Positions 1 to 13,400 of a DNA stretch of 64,000 nucleotides are shown here, in pieces. The first letter of the stretch is position 1; every line of letters begins with the position of its first letter. The notes beneath the pieces are model-generated. The model saw nothing but the letters and a program-made list of their open reading frames with translations, was not told the origin of the DNA and made no database searches. The translations under genes and the position numbers were made by a program. This DNA comes from Haplodiscus bocki (lineage: Eukaryota), in contig OZ296650.1 of assembly GCA_965655095.1 (NCBI GenBank), positions 124,868,001-124,932,000 on the forward strand, written 5' to 3'.

Positions 1-3000
1 CAAAGACATTCTGGAAAAAAACTGCGATTTCAAGAAATTGACATGAAAAAAAATTCGAATTCAAACTTCCAAACGTGAATGAAATAAATTACTGCCTCGT
101 CGGTTGAGCCCGAACAACGGAGTGAGAGCAATCCAAAATTTCACGTTAGCTAAAAGCAAGATTTTCTGCTAAGGCCGTTCTGTTCCAAACTCACATCAAA
201 ATTGTGTTTCAGGTTTCCAAACTGTAATAACGTTTATTGTACAAATGTTCAGCAATCCATCAGCTAGTTTCAAAACAACAAAAAGTTCACTGCAAACTGT
301 TGAAACATCCAAGAAAACCTTTGTTTTTTCAAATCGACATCGAAAACGGTGGTTGTATACATCCTTTATCAACTGAACATTTGATGTACTAAACAAAGCG
401 AGCTGGAAACCAAAATTTCAAGCAACAAAATGAAATCCTCACTCAGCCAACCCTCGTTCAGAAATCTGTTCTCGCAAAAAATTACAACCACCGAACGAAA
501 ATAATTTAAGAAGTGATGTTTGCATCTAAACACACAAGAGTAGAAATCCTGTCCAAATCTATTCCAACCCTTCGCAAAGACTTGCATTTTTCGGCAAGTT
601 CGCATTCTGTTCATGAGAAAGTGTTCCCAGCGAAGTACCACAAAATTGGGAAAAAACCTAGAAAAGGTTGTTCACTCAGCTTCTAAAACAAAAAAAAATT
701 TGGACAAAAAACTTTTATACGAAGCATCATTTTCCAGCAGTTATGAACAATCCTACACCAAAACAGCGGCCTCCTGGAGATTTCGCTTTTACATTCCCAA
801 CACTGTTCGAGTCTGGAAATTAGGTTGCTGTAAAAAGCTTTAATACTGTTGTTAGCGATGCAAACTGCTGTTTTATTTTGATAGGTGACTTCTTTGTTGA
901 AACTGAAATGTATGATACTAATAACAAACATTCACTTCATGTCTGTGGAAACTAGAAACAGTGCTGTTTGAACTTCTAAAGGTTCGCCCACACTGTTTTA
1001 AGTTTTCTATCAAACGAAGCAATGCTTTCATTTAACTGAAGTATCCACAAGTGTATGCTCAAGACATGAAACTGTTGAGGCGTTGCAACAAAACATTCGA
1101 GTAATATTCTCCAGCAGTTGCGAACAATCAATATCCAAACGGCGGTTTTCTGGAAGTTTAGCTTCTGCTTTCTCAACACAATTTGAGTATAAAAATCAGG
1201 TGCTCAAAAATAGTCTTCAACACTGTTGCCACAAAAGCAAGCTGCTGTTCTTAAACCAATGTATTATTTGATGAAACTCAAATGTATGATACTAACAACA
1301 AATGTTCTCTCGGTCTCAGTGAAAACAAGAAAGTGCGCTGTATGAAATTCTAAAAATTCGAAACTTTGCCTACACTGTTTCAAATTTCAAATCAATCTAA
1401 TCAATTATTCAATTTATTTGAAAGATCCGCAAATGTGAGTTCAAAACTTGAAACTGTTGAAGCGTTGAAACAAAATCCCGAAAATGCTCCTAAAGAGTCA
1501 TCGCCAGCAATTCTGTTTTCAAATATCCAGCTGTTTCTCGGTCTTCTTCAAAATTCACCTCTATTCTTCCACATCAAAGCTCTTCAAAATAAGGAGCATA
1601 CTCAGAATTCTAGGTTCTGAATAGCGATTTAGGGAATGAAAATTAAAAAAGACTTGACTTCGAGAAACCATAAATCAGGGACCATGAAAATGCCCGCTCC
1701 ATTTAAAACGCTGCATTTTGATATTATGCATTAGATGTTTGTGTGAATGCTTCAATCAGCAGAAATTCAAACCTCATTTTGAAGATCGAAAACTCTGGAC
1801 GTTCCCGCTGGCTTTCTGCCTGCCAATCCCAAGGGAAGAGAGTTTCTGATTCTGTTTAGGAAGTGAAGTCTGCAGTGCTATCTAAACTGAAAAACTCCCC
1901 AAATTTTCAAAAGGTAGTGTACTTCAGAGGGTAACAAAAAGCGATGCAAACTTTGGGCAAGGCAGCGAGTGGATCCCATAAACGTTTGTTTGCGACGCTC
2001 TTTGCCAACCTCTCAACTATAGTACCTTAAAGAAATGAATGAGCAGTCTTCCTCACGAAAAATCAACTTTAGCCTAGTTCTGCTTTGCCAACTTCTTTTT
2101 GGTGGATGTCTTCTATGAAATGATGGCTTTCGTTTTGATGCAGCTGGCCATTTTTTTTGTTTTCTTTCGAAATACGTTTTCGAGCAACTTTTGAAAACCT
2201 TCTTATTTTTGCATTATAGAATCAACATTTTGAAAGTAAACCCAAATTCAGTTTGAGCGTAGTAGGTAAAATAAAGTCTGAATAGTTGAAGTTTTTCACT
2301 GCAGACACTGGATGTCTTTTTCATTAACTTTCAATTCATGTCTGAAGGTTCTACAACTGGGCAAAAGCAATGTGAGCAGATACTTTTGAAACTCGCAGAG
2401 CCAAAATTCAACACTCCAGCCATGGCCATGAGGGATCCTCTCATGCCACCTATCGAACGGGCTTCACTGCGTTTGAATCACTGCTCCTTGTTTTTAGTCC
2501 GAGATGATATCGTTGCCTTGAAACTAAGCAGCTAGTAAAGCATAGTTGCTTACGCCTACAGTGTCCCTTAGTCCAATTGATTGAGGCTCCCCAAAATCAA
2601 TTTCGTTTAATGCCGTTTTTTGTCAAAATCACGGTTTCTGTTCTGTCGGAGAAATTTTGCTAATAACTAAAGGTCGAAACCGCGATTGCTTGTTGTAAGT
2701 TTTATTATCAGGTGCATTCGCCACACTCTTTTACAGTACCCTCAAAAGATGAGTCAAATCGAGAATTGGGACTGCCATGTTTGTTTCTAACTATTGCGCA
2801 GCGAACATCATATCGTCTGGGCAAGGCTCAAGTTGAAAATTGAAGAAAATACTTTCGCTAAATCAGGTGGAGGCTCCAGCGATAAATGTAGTGGAAGCGC
2901 GGGGACAAAGTTTTTCAGCCGCTTGACTGACATAATTTATTTGATTGGATCAAACCATTGGAATGAAGATTCGCTCAATTGATGTCTGTCTGAAAACACT

Positions 3001-5401
3001 GCAAATTTATGGCAAGTGAAAAAATGCAATTTCAGGAGAAGTGTGCAAACGAAGTTTTTCAGCAATATTTCATCGTGGTTATCCCATACTGAATAAGCAC
3101 CTTCTACGTGAAAAACAAAACTTTTTTTGCCCACTGTGTATGTTCAAGGGTAGATCTTTGTTCCTGCGTTCGGTGAAGTTGGCACTTTTGGCCAGGCGAA
3201 ACTCACAGTCGGCCTTCAACAATTTCAACTATTCTCTCCGTTTTCGACCGAAGGTTCAGGATCTCCTTGAAGCCATTAAGTTTGTGGTCGCCCAAGAGTG
3301 CTGCAATCAAAATTGAGCGATTTTGATGGGTCATATTTTCAAAACATGATGCGAATTCATCAATGAGCTGACTTTCGACAACGCCTACAGCATTTGCTCC
3401 ATACAAAGTTTTGAGCAATACTTCCTCGAATGAAAAACTTTTATTTTTGAATTTCACTGGAAATCGTTAATCTATGTTTTTTGCAGTCAGCATTGCATAC
3501 TTTCGCTTCCACATTGTGCAGGTTTCAATCAAGGTCCCAATTGAGAACTTCTGGCTTGTCGCAAACTAGGTTTTTGACAAGTTACGGATATTTTCTTGCA
3601 TAACAATCCTGATAGTCCGAATATCTCAAAAAGTGTGTTTGATGTTGATTCATTTTGATATTCAAACTCATCTTTCTCCGTAAGTACCGACGTGACTTCC
3701 TTCAGCAAGGTCTCAACCGAAAGCTTCAAAAGTGTGCGAGAATCTGCTACCAAAAAATCTTCGTATTGATCCTTGCATCAGGATTCTGATGTTTTCTGAT
3801 GGTCCGAACATTCCAATTGTGCTAATAATTTTGATTGATTTCCATACTCAATCTCATATTTCTCCGTAACCACAGGCTTGTTTTTTATAACGAGGTCTCA
3901 ATCAAACGATTTACACTGTGGTGAAGAATTTAAAAAAGTCATTTCTTTCGTTCCTTGGAAACGAGTTCTGATAGGTTGAAGGTTGCAAAATGAGCTATTC
4001 ATTTTGATTCACCACGAGATTCAAACTGTTTCTCCGTAACTACCAGCTTAATTTCTGTCATCAAGTTTTCATCGGACAGACTTTCGGTTATGGAGGAGTT
4101 TTGAATTGAAATGCTTGGATTTTATATCTGCGTTGGATATATCATATTTCGAAAATGTCAAACAACTGCTATCAGTTTTGACATTTTTTCTATATTCCAA
4201 CTCATAGTTCTCCTTAACCAGTGACTTGATTTCTTCCTAGACGATCTTAATTTATTTTTTTGGTGTTGAACTTTTTCATTCGAAAGTATTGACTTTTGTC
4301 TTTTCTGTGGAATCCCGATGGACCAGAAATGCCAGAGAGTCCTGTTTGTCTCAATGCTTCGATTTTCAAACTCAAATATCTTGAGCTCTACTTGTTCCAT
4401 TTTTCCATCAAGGTGTCAATCGATCGCTTTTTACTTGAGGCTGACTAGTCGTTTCTGAAAATCATCGAATTGGTCCGTTACATCATTTTTAGAGTCCGTG
4501 ATTGACGAGAAGTGGCAAAAGTGCTTTTAGTTTCGAGATGTCTCGATATTCCAACTCTTCCTTCTTAAAAACTACAGATTTGAATTCTTCTACCAAAGTC
4601 TGAATTGATGTTGGTATGGTTTTGAATGTTTCTCAGTTGAAACAGTCTCTGATTTTGTCCCTTAGATTGGAATATTGATAGGCGGAAGATGCGAAAAAAA
4701 GTCCATTAGTATTCTTATTTTGTCGATATTCAAACTCATAGTTCTCCAAAGCTATCGGCTTGAATTCTTGGACAATGTCTCCGACGAGATGTTTTTTGTC
4801 GTTTTTGTGTTATTTGTAAAAGTGATTTGTTGTAAGTTCGATCAATTTTTTATCCGCCACCTTGACGGAAATGTCGCCGTATGACTGCGCCTCTTGTTTG
4901 CCTCATCACAGTTGAGGTGCATAAACAAATTACTTTCATTGAATGGTTCTTCTGTTGCATGACCGAAATAAAGAGATCTAAAATCTACTATAGAACAAGG
5001 TGGCCAGCTACCACTGGCATATTTTTCACCCTACAACTTGCCTAGACATTATAAAGATGCTTTTTAAAAGATTGAAAGTGTTTTTTCTGATAAATACTCT
5101 GCATCGGGAAGTTTTCTATTTTTATTTTTCTGATTTAAATTTAAAAAATTTCTGATTTGTTTGAGAAAAAAGCTCAATTTAGGTGGAAAAAAAAATTTTG
5201 AGATATAATGTCATTATATAGAAATCTGCAACAAGTTAGCAAGCTTTAGCGATTTTGATATTAAATCATTTTTTTCCTACATACCCCAACTTTCCTAAAA
5301 ACCCAAATTCCGTACGTATTTGAAAACCGTAGTCTTTCAGTCGCAATCTACGGCAAATTTGCTATAATTTGGTGGTATGAAATTTTCAAAGTCACAATGG
5401 C
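1..5401 (-). repeat. Inverted copy (left palindrome arm) of array sequence 6984-12383; runs off window start
   Basis: Position 1 CAAAGACATTCTGG is the reverse complement of sequence ending at 12383. TTCAAAGTCACAATGGC ending 5401 is the reverse complement of GCCATTGTGACTTTGAA starting 6984. ORF-track peptides are mirrored on opposite strands (3203..3457- vs 8927..9181+; 4158..4400- vs 7984..8226+). Confidence 0.95.
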
Positions 5402-6889
5402 ATTCCCTTGGAAAACTGAGGAACAGGCCAATTCGGATGCATACCAGAAATTCTACGTTGAGAGTGCTTCGCAATGCTCATAAGATGCTCCCATGCCGGA
5501 ATTTCATCATTCAGATTAACACTTTCAGAAGACGATCCAACTCTAAATTTAGAAATGCAAGTCCATTTAGGAAGCAGAAAACTGCAGCAGTGAGCCTCTG
5601 TCACTCAGAGGTGTCATAAAAAATGCGCAAAAATCGATTGAGACTCACTGGATGAACAGCTTTGATATTATGTGGGAAATTAGAACTTATCATCAACAAT
5701 GTTTCCGGGTGTTTTGTCAACAAAGAAGCAGCTTCAAGATCGATTTTAAACCGAAAGAAAATGGAACAGGTCAAGCATTAACTCAGACATTTCATCCATG
5801 GGGTTGGCTGATGAATATGCAATGAATATCAATCGAGAAGATACACTCGAGGAAAATAGATTTGGAAAAAAACCAAAAAATTTCGGAATTTAGGTTACAA
5901 GTAAAGAAATTTCTTGCAAGAGGACACAATTTTTTCCACGAAAAAAAAACGTGTCACTTAGAAAATCCTTTACGAAACTGATGCCGGTAACTGAGCAGTG
6001 GATAGTATTGATAGATGTAGCAAAGGTGAATTTCCTACCAAAAATAGATTCTCTCGGGTAATTCAGCCAAAAAAACACCTGAGGCCGATTTTCGAAACTT
6101 GGCGCTTCTTATGAAAATGTGCATGCTAAAAGGAACAAATTGACGCGAGAACATAAAGATGAAAAGTAGAGGGCAGAAACGTGCCCAGGAACAATTGCGA
6201 AATAAATTCGAGGTGTAAACTATACGACAAAAAAACGCGAGTTGACCGTAATAAGCTGGCGTTTGCCATGTAATTGTCTCCACTTTTGAACGAACGGTGG
6301 TCTAAAAACTCCGGCCGTGTAAAGGGTAGGACGGAAGGCTTGTTAGGCATAGATAAGGGTTAGAGACTAAGCAAGTCAATTTTTTTTGAGAAAGCGTCCC
6401 ATCTTTGCGTTATTTCTTGGTAGTATTGTAGAACCTTTTTATGAATGTCTCCTTATACATTTCAAGCATTACGGGCAGCGCCCACTTTGGCGTTCGGGGT
6501 GTGTCTGTTCAAGGAAAGGCCCTACTTTTCTGTATGTGGCTCAATGCCGTATTTACGGTATTTTCGGCTATGCGTAAATAATTCAATGCTACGCTGCTCT
6601 GAGGATACAATTCAGAAGTGTTCGAGAGACTTCAGACGGTAACAAATCGGGAGCCGTCTCATACGTGGTTGCCACCATTCACGGGGACCCTTTGCTGCTC
6701 ACTTTATTCATTTTTACTCGTTTGTTCGTCTGCTTAACACATAAATGGATGCTCTCCTGAAAACCTAGTTCACTGTTTCCCAGCTATGTCACAAATCTGA
6801 GATTATTCGAGCAGCCAAAAGAAATGAAACAGCCTGTGGCGAAATCTTAGCTAATTGGAACGACATTATATTTAAAGTGTAAAAGAAAT

Positions 6890-7390
6890 AAAAGTTTCCG
6901 CCCATATTTAAATATGGAAGGAAAAATCATCCACTCCACGCGAACGTTTTTTTACGTTTACTTGCCAATTGCACAAGATTTGGGCCATTGTGACTTTGAA
7001 ATTTTCATACCACCAAATTATAGCAAATTTTCCGTAGATTGCGACTGAAATACTACGGTTTTCAAATACGTACGGAATTTGGGTTTTTAGGAAAGTTGGG
7101 GTTTGTAGGAAAAAAAATGATTTAATATCAAAATCGCTAAAGCTTGCTAATTTGTTGCAGATTTCTATATAATGACATTATTTCTCAAAAAAGTTTTTTT
7201 CCACCTAAATTGAGCTTTTTTCTCAAACAGATCAGAAAATTTTTAAATTTAAATCAGAAAAATAAAAATAGAAAACTTCCCGAAGCAGAGTATTTATCAG
7301 AAAAAGCACTTTCAATCTTTTAAAAAGCATCTTTATAAGGTCTAGGCAAGTTGTAGGGTGAAAAATATGCCAGTGGTAGCTGTCCACCTT
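6890..7390 (-). mobile_element. ~0.5-kb dispersed non-autonomous repeat, family unassigned; one per array unit (~17800-18290, ~28700-29200, ~38990-39480), truncated copy at ~5010-5401
   Basis: Colinear similarity with 60995-61478: AAAGATGC..GAAAG, AGGTGGAAA, TTTAGCGATT, AAAACCCAAATT, CAGTCGCA(A/T)TCTACGGC(A/G)AATTTGCTA, TTCCATA..TTAAATA..GGCG. Confidence 0.6.
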
Positions 7391-7429
7391 GTTCTATAGT
7401 AGATTTTAGATCTCTTTATTTCGGTCATG

Positions 7430-8860
7430 CAACACAAGAACCATTCAATGAATTTAGTTTGTTTATGCACCTCAACTGTGATGAGGCAAACAAGAGGCGC
7501 AGTCGTACGCCGACATTTCCGTCAAGGTGGCGAATAAAAAATTGATCGAACTTACAACAAATCACTTTTACAAATAACACAAAAACGACAAAAATCATCT
7601 CGTCGGAGACATTGTCCAAGAATTCAAGCCAATAGCTTTGGAGAATTATGAGTTTGAATATCGACAAAATAAGAATACTAGTTGGACTTTTTTCGCATCT
7701 TCGGCCTATCAATATTCCAATCTAAGGGACAAAATCAGAGACTGTTTCATCTGAGAATCATTCAAAACCATGCCAACATCAATTCAGACTTTGGTAGAAG
7801 AATTCAAATCTGTAGTTTTTAAGAAGGAAGAGTTGGAATATCGAGACATCTCGAAACGAAAAGCACTTTTGCCACTCGTCAATCACGGACTCTAAAAATG
7901 ATGTAACGGACCAATTCGATGATTTTCAGAAACGACTAGCCAGCCTCAAGTAAAAAGCGATCGATTGACACCTTGATGGAAAAATGGAACAAGTAGAGCT
8001 CAAGATATATGAGTTTGAAAATCGAAGCATTGAGACAAACAGGACTCTCTGGCATTTCTGGTCCATCGGGATTCCACAGAAAAGACAAAAGTCAATACTT
8101 TCGAATGAAAAAGTTCAACACCAAAAAAATAAATTAAGATCGTCAAGGAAGAAATCAAGTCACTTGTTAAGAAGAACTATGAGTTGGAATATAGAAAAAA
8201 TGTCAAAACTGATAGCAGTTGTTTGACATTTTCGAACTATGATATATCCAACGCAGAAATAAAATCCAAGCATTTCAATTCAAAACTCCTCTATAGCCGA
8301 TATTCTGTCCGATGAAAACTTGATGACAGAAATTAAGCTGGTAGTTACGGAGAAACAGTTTGAATCTCGTGGTGAATCAAAATGAATAGCTCATTTTGCA
8401 ACCTTCAACCTATCAGAACTCGTTTCCAAGGAACGAAAGAAATGACTTTTTTAAATTCTTCACCACAGTGTAAATCGTTTGATTGAGACCTCGTTATAAA
8501 AAACAAGCCTGTGGTTACGGAGAAATATGAGATTGAGTATGGAAATCAATCAAAATTATTAGCACAATTGGAATGTTCGGACCATCAGAAAACATCAGAA
8601 TCCTGATGCAAGGATCAATACGAAGATTTTTTGGCAGCAGATTCTCGCACACTTTTGAAGCTTTCGGTTGAGACCTTGCTGAAGGAAGTCACGTCGGTAC
8701 TTACGGAGAAAGATGAGTTTGAATATCAAAATGAATCAACATCAAACACACTTTTTGAGATATTCGGACTATCAGGATTGTTATGCAAGAAAATATCCGT
8801 AACTTGTCAAAAACCTAGTTTGCGACAAGCCAGAAGTTCTCAATTGGGACCTTGATTGAA
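7430..8860 (+). repeat. Degenerate ~177-bp satellite-like tandem repeat inside each array unit
   Basis: Motif GTAGTTACGGAGAAA..TGAGTTTGAATATCGA recurs at ~7637, 7812, 7992, 8165, 8341, 8512 and 8697 (spacing 171-185 bp). Confidence 0.8.
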
Positions 8861-10899
8861 ACCTGCACAATGTGGAAGCGAAAGTATGCAATGCTGACTG
8901 CAAAAAACATAGATTAACGATTTCCAGTGAAATTCAAAAATAAAAGTTTTTCATTCGAGGAAGTATTGCTCAAAACTTTGTATGGAGCAAATGCTGTAGG
9001 CGTTGTCGAAAGTCAGCTCATTGATGAATTCGCATCATGTTTTGAAAATATGACCCATCAAAATCGCTCAATTTTGATTGCAGCACTCTTGGGCGACCAC
9101 AAACTTAATGGCTTCAAGGAGATCCTGAACCTTCGGTCGAAAACGGAGAGAATAGTTGAAATTGTTGAAGGCCGACTGTGACTTTCGCCTGGCCAAAAGT
9201 GCCAACTTCACCGAACGCAGGAACAAAGATCTACCCTTGAACATACACAGTGGGCAAAAAAAAGTTTTGTGTTTCACGTAGAAGGTGCTTATTCAGTATG
9301 GAATAACCACAATGAAATATTGCTGAAAAACTTCGTTTGCACACTTCTCCTGAAATTGCATTTTTTCACTTGCCATAAGTTTGCAGTGTTTTCACACAGA
9401 CATCAATTGAGCGAATCTTCAATCCAAAGGTTTGATCCAATCAAATAAATTATGTCAGTCGAGCGGCTGAAAACTTTTGTCCCCGCGCTTCCACTACATT
9501 TATCGCTGGAGCCTCCACCTGAATTAGCGAAAGTATTTTCTTCAATTTTCAACTCGGGCCTTGCCCAGAAGATATGATGTTCGCTGCGCAATAGTTAGAA
9601 ACAAACATGGCAGTCCCAATTCTCGATCTGACTCATCTTTTGAGGGTACTGTAAAAGAGTGTGGCGAATGCACCTGGTAATAAAACTTACAACAAGCAAT
9701 CGCGGTTTCGACCTTTAGTTGTTAGCGAAATTTCTCCCACAGAACAGAAACCGTGATTTTGACAAAAAACGGCATTAAAACGAAATTGATTTTGAGGAGC
9801 TCAATCAATTGGACTAATGGACACTGTAGGCGTAAGCAACTATGCTTTACTATCTGCTTAGTTTCAAGGCAACGATATCATCTCGGACTAAAAACAAGGA
9901 GCAGTGATTCAAACGCAGTGAAGCCCATTCGATAGGTGGCATGAGAGGATCCCTTATGGCTATGGCTAGAGTATTGAATTTTGGCTCTGCGAGTTTCAAA
10001 AGTATCTGCTCACATTGCTTTTGCCCAGTTGTAGAACCTTCAGACATGAATTGAAAGTTAATGAAAAAGACCACCAGTGTCTGCAGTGAAAAACTTCAAC
10101 TATTCAGACTTTGTTTTACCTACTACGCTCAAACTGAATTTGGGTTTACTTTTAAAATGTTGATTCTATAATGCAAAATTAGGAAGGTTTTCAAAAGTTG
10201 CCTGAAAACGTATTTCGAAAGAAAACAAAAAAGTTGGCCAGCTACATCAAAACGAAAACCATCATTTCATAGAGGACATCTACCAAAAAGAAGTTGGCAA
10301 AGCAGAATTAGGCTAAAGTTGATTTTTCTTGAGGAAGACTGCTCATTCGTTTCTTTAAGGTACTATAGTTGAGAGGTTGGCAAAGAGCGTCGCAAACTAA
10401 CGTTTATGCGATCCACTCGCTGCCTTGCCCAAAGTTTGCACCGCCCTTTGTTACCCTCTGAAGTACACTACCTTCTGAAAGTTTGGGGTTTTTCAGTTTA
10501 GATAGCACTGCAGACTTCACTTCCTCAACAGAATCAGAAAGTCTCTTCCCATGGGATTGGCAAGCAGAAAGCCAACGGGAACGTCCAGAGTTTTCAATCT
10601 TCAAAGTGAGGTTTGAATTTCTGCTGATTGAAGCATTCACACAAACATCTAATGCATAATATCAAAATGCAGCGTTTTAAATGGAGCGGGCATTTTCATG
10701 GTCCCTGATTTATGGTTTCTCGAAGTCAAGTCTTTTTTAATTTTCATTCCCTAAATCGCTATTCAGAACCTAGAATTCTGAGTATGCTCCTTATTTTGAA
10801 GAGCTTTGATGTGGAAGGATAGAGGTGAATTTAGAAAGAGGCCGAGAAACAGCTGGATATTTGAAAACAGAATTGCTGGCGATGACTTTTTAGGAGCAT

Positions 10900-11650
10900 T
10901 TTCGGGATTTTGTTTCAACGCTTCAACAGTTTCAAGTTTTGAACTCACATTTGTGGATCTTTCAAATAAATTGAATAATTGATTAGATTGATTTGAATTT
11001 TGAAACAGTGTAGGCAAAGTTTCGAATTTTTAGAATTTCAAACAGCGCACTTTCTTGTTTTCACTGAGACCGAGAGAACATTTGTTGTTAGTATCATACA
11101 TTTGAGTTGCATCAAATAATACATTGGTTGAAGAACAGCAGCTTGCTTTTGTGGCAACAGTGTTGAAGACTATTTTTGAGCACCTGATTTTTATACTCAA
11201 ATTGTGTTGAGAAAGCATAAACTTCCACAAAACCGCCGTTTGGATATTGATTGTTCGCAACTGCTGGAGAATAATACTCGAATGTTTTGTTGCAACGCCT
11301 CAACAGTTTCATGTCTTGAGCATACACTTGTGGATCCTTCAGTTATATGAAAGCATTGCTTCGTTTGATAGAAAACTTAGAACAGTGTGGGCGAACACTT
11401 AGAAGTTTAAACAGCGCTGTTTCTAGTTTCCACAGACATGAAGTGAATGTTTGTTATTAGTATCATACATTTCAGTTTCACCAAAGAAGTCACCTATCAA
11501 AATAAAACAGCAGTTTGCATCGCTAACAACAGTATTAAAACTTTTTTCAGCAACCTAATTTCCAGACTCGAACAGTGTTGGGAATGGAAAAGCGAAATCT
11601 CCAGAAGACCGCTGTTTTGGTGTAGGGTTGTTCATAACTGCTGGAAAATG
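10900..11650. repeat. Old ~370-bp tandem duplication within the unit
   Basis: TCAACAGTTTCA.GT.TTGA..CAC.T.GTGGATC at ~10922 and ~11300. TTTGTT.TTAGTATCATACATTT at ~11080 and ~11450. Confidence 0.65.
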
Positions 11651-12699
11651 ATGCTTCGTATAAAAGTTTTTGTCCAAATTTTTTTTGTTTTAGAAGCTGA
11701 GTGAACAACCTTTTCTAGGTTTTTTCCCACTTTTGTGGTACTTCGCTGGGAACACTTTCTCATGAACAGAATGAGAACTTGCCGAAAAGTGCAAGTATTT
11801 GCGAAGAGTTGGGATAGATTTGGACAGGATTTCTACCCTTGTGTGTTTAGATGCAAACATCACTTCTCAAATTATTTTCGTTCGGTGGTTGTAATTTTTT
11901 GCGAGAACAGAGAACAGATTTCTGAACGAGGGCTGGCTGAGTGAGGATTTCATTTTGTTGCTTGAAATTTTGTGTTCCAGCTCGCTTTGTTTTGCACATC
12001 AAATGTTCAGTTGATAAAGGATGTATACAACCACCGTTTTTGATGTCGATTTAAAAAAAACAAAGGTTTCCTTGGATGTTTCAACAGTTTGCAGTGAACT
12101 TTTTGCTGTTTTGAAACTAGCTGTTGGATTGCTGAACATTTGTACATTAAACGTTATTACAGTTTGGAAACCTGAAACACAATTTTGATGTGAGTTTGGA
12201 ACAGTATGGCCTTTGCAGAAAATCTTGCTTTTAGCTAACGTGAAATTTTGGATTGCTCTCACTCCGTTGTTCGGGCTCAACCGATGAGGCAGTATTTTAT
12301 TTCATTTACGTTTGGAAGTTTGAATTCGAATTTTTTTTCATGTCAATTTCTGGAAATTGCAGTTTTTTTCCAGAATGTCTTTGGGTTCAAGTGGATGCCT
12401 AATTTACGTCCAATTATTTTCCCGACGTAGTTTTTGCACTCGTCCAAAACTTCAATTTTGATATACAGTTGCGCTCGCTGGAAATAAAACCATATCTGTA
12501 GCGACATGCAAGAGGTGGGGCCTTTTGAGAACGACTTGGGTTTAAAGTAACGTGAAACTAAATTGAGTGTTTCATAACATGGTTTTGACCTCACCTCGAC
12601 TTGTACAACAAACGATTGATTTGACCTAAACTACGTTTTTTGATGTGCATTCGCAAAAATGCACCATTTCCAGGACTTTGATTTTGCGACTTCATGCAC

Positions 12700-13400
12700 T
12701 TGTGCTCAATGATTTTCCAATATGGCTTGCGGACTCATTTAGACTTGTGCGTCATTTGTTTAGGTATTGTCAGAGCTCTAGAACAATCTTTTGATGAGAA
12801 GTTGCAAGAGAAAAGCAGTTTCAGACAGACTTTGTGCTTTCCGTAATTCATGAGTAAACTTTCTTTGCTATCAATTCAATTTTTGGGCTTTGCAAGTCTG
12901 TACATTGAAAGTTTACTTTAGTTCAGACAACTAGAAACACCTTCTAGGTTGGGATTTTGCCAAAGCATGGCGTTTTCTGAAGGGAAACTGGTTTTATTCG
13001 ATGTGAGGTTAAAAGCGAATTGTTTTACAATATGGCTTGCTCGGGATTGCTCGGAGTTGTTGGAATTTTGCTAAATTGTTTCCCAAGATCGTTTGTGAGC
13101 TCATTCAGAATTGTAGGTCAATTGTTTACCTAAGATCAGAGCTTCAGAACACCCTTTCAACCTTTTAATGTAAAGTTGCAGAAGAAATGCGTTTTCAGAC
13201 AGACTTGTGTTCTCCACAATTCAAGAGTCACCTTTCATGTTTCATTGCTTTCAATTTACTTTTGGGCCTTTGAAAGGCTATACATCGATAGTTTAGTTTA
13301 GTTCAGACGACTAAAAACAAACACCTTCTCGCTTGGGATTTTGCCAAAGCATGGCGTTTTTGGGGGACTTTCGTTTTCTATAAAATCAAGCTAACGGTCA
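12700..13400. repeat. Old ~380-bp tandem duplication within the unit
   Basis: ACACCTTCT.G.TTGGGATTTTGCCAAAGCATGGCGTTTT at ~12937 and ~13321. TTTCAGACAGACTT at ~12819 and ~13193. Confidence 0.75.

Noticed and set aside
5800-5845. Hammerhead ribozyme core at CTGATGA (also 60205 and a look-alike near 57150)
   Set aside because: No correctly placed GAAA after a stem II and no stems I/III.
5980-6400. Telomerase RNA (minus-strand CTAACCCT template-like 8-mer)
   Set aside because: An 8-mer is expected by chance. I could not build a convincing P2/P3 pseudoknot, P6.1 or H/ACA domain, so it is kept only as a note in the structured-island finding.
6500-6700. RNase MRP/P RNA (GGAAAGGCCC...CACGGGGACC, ACAATTCAGA)
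   Set aside because: Only superficial resemblance; the conserved P4 pairing with a bulged U cannot be formed.
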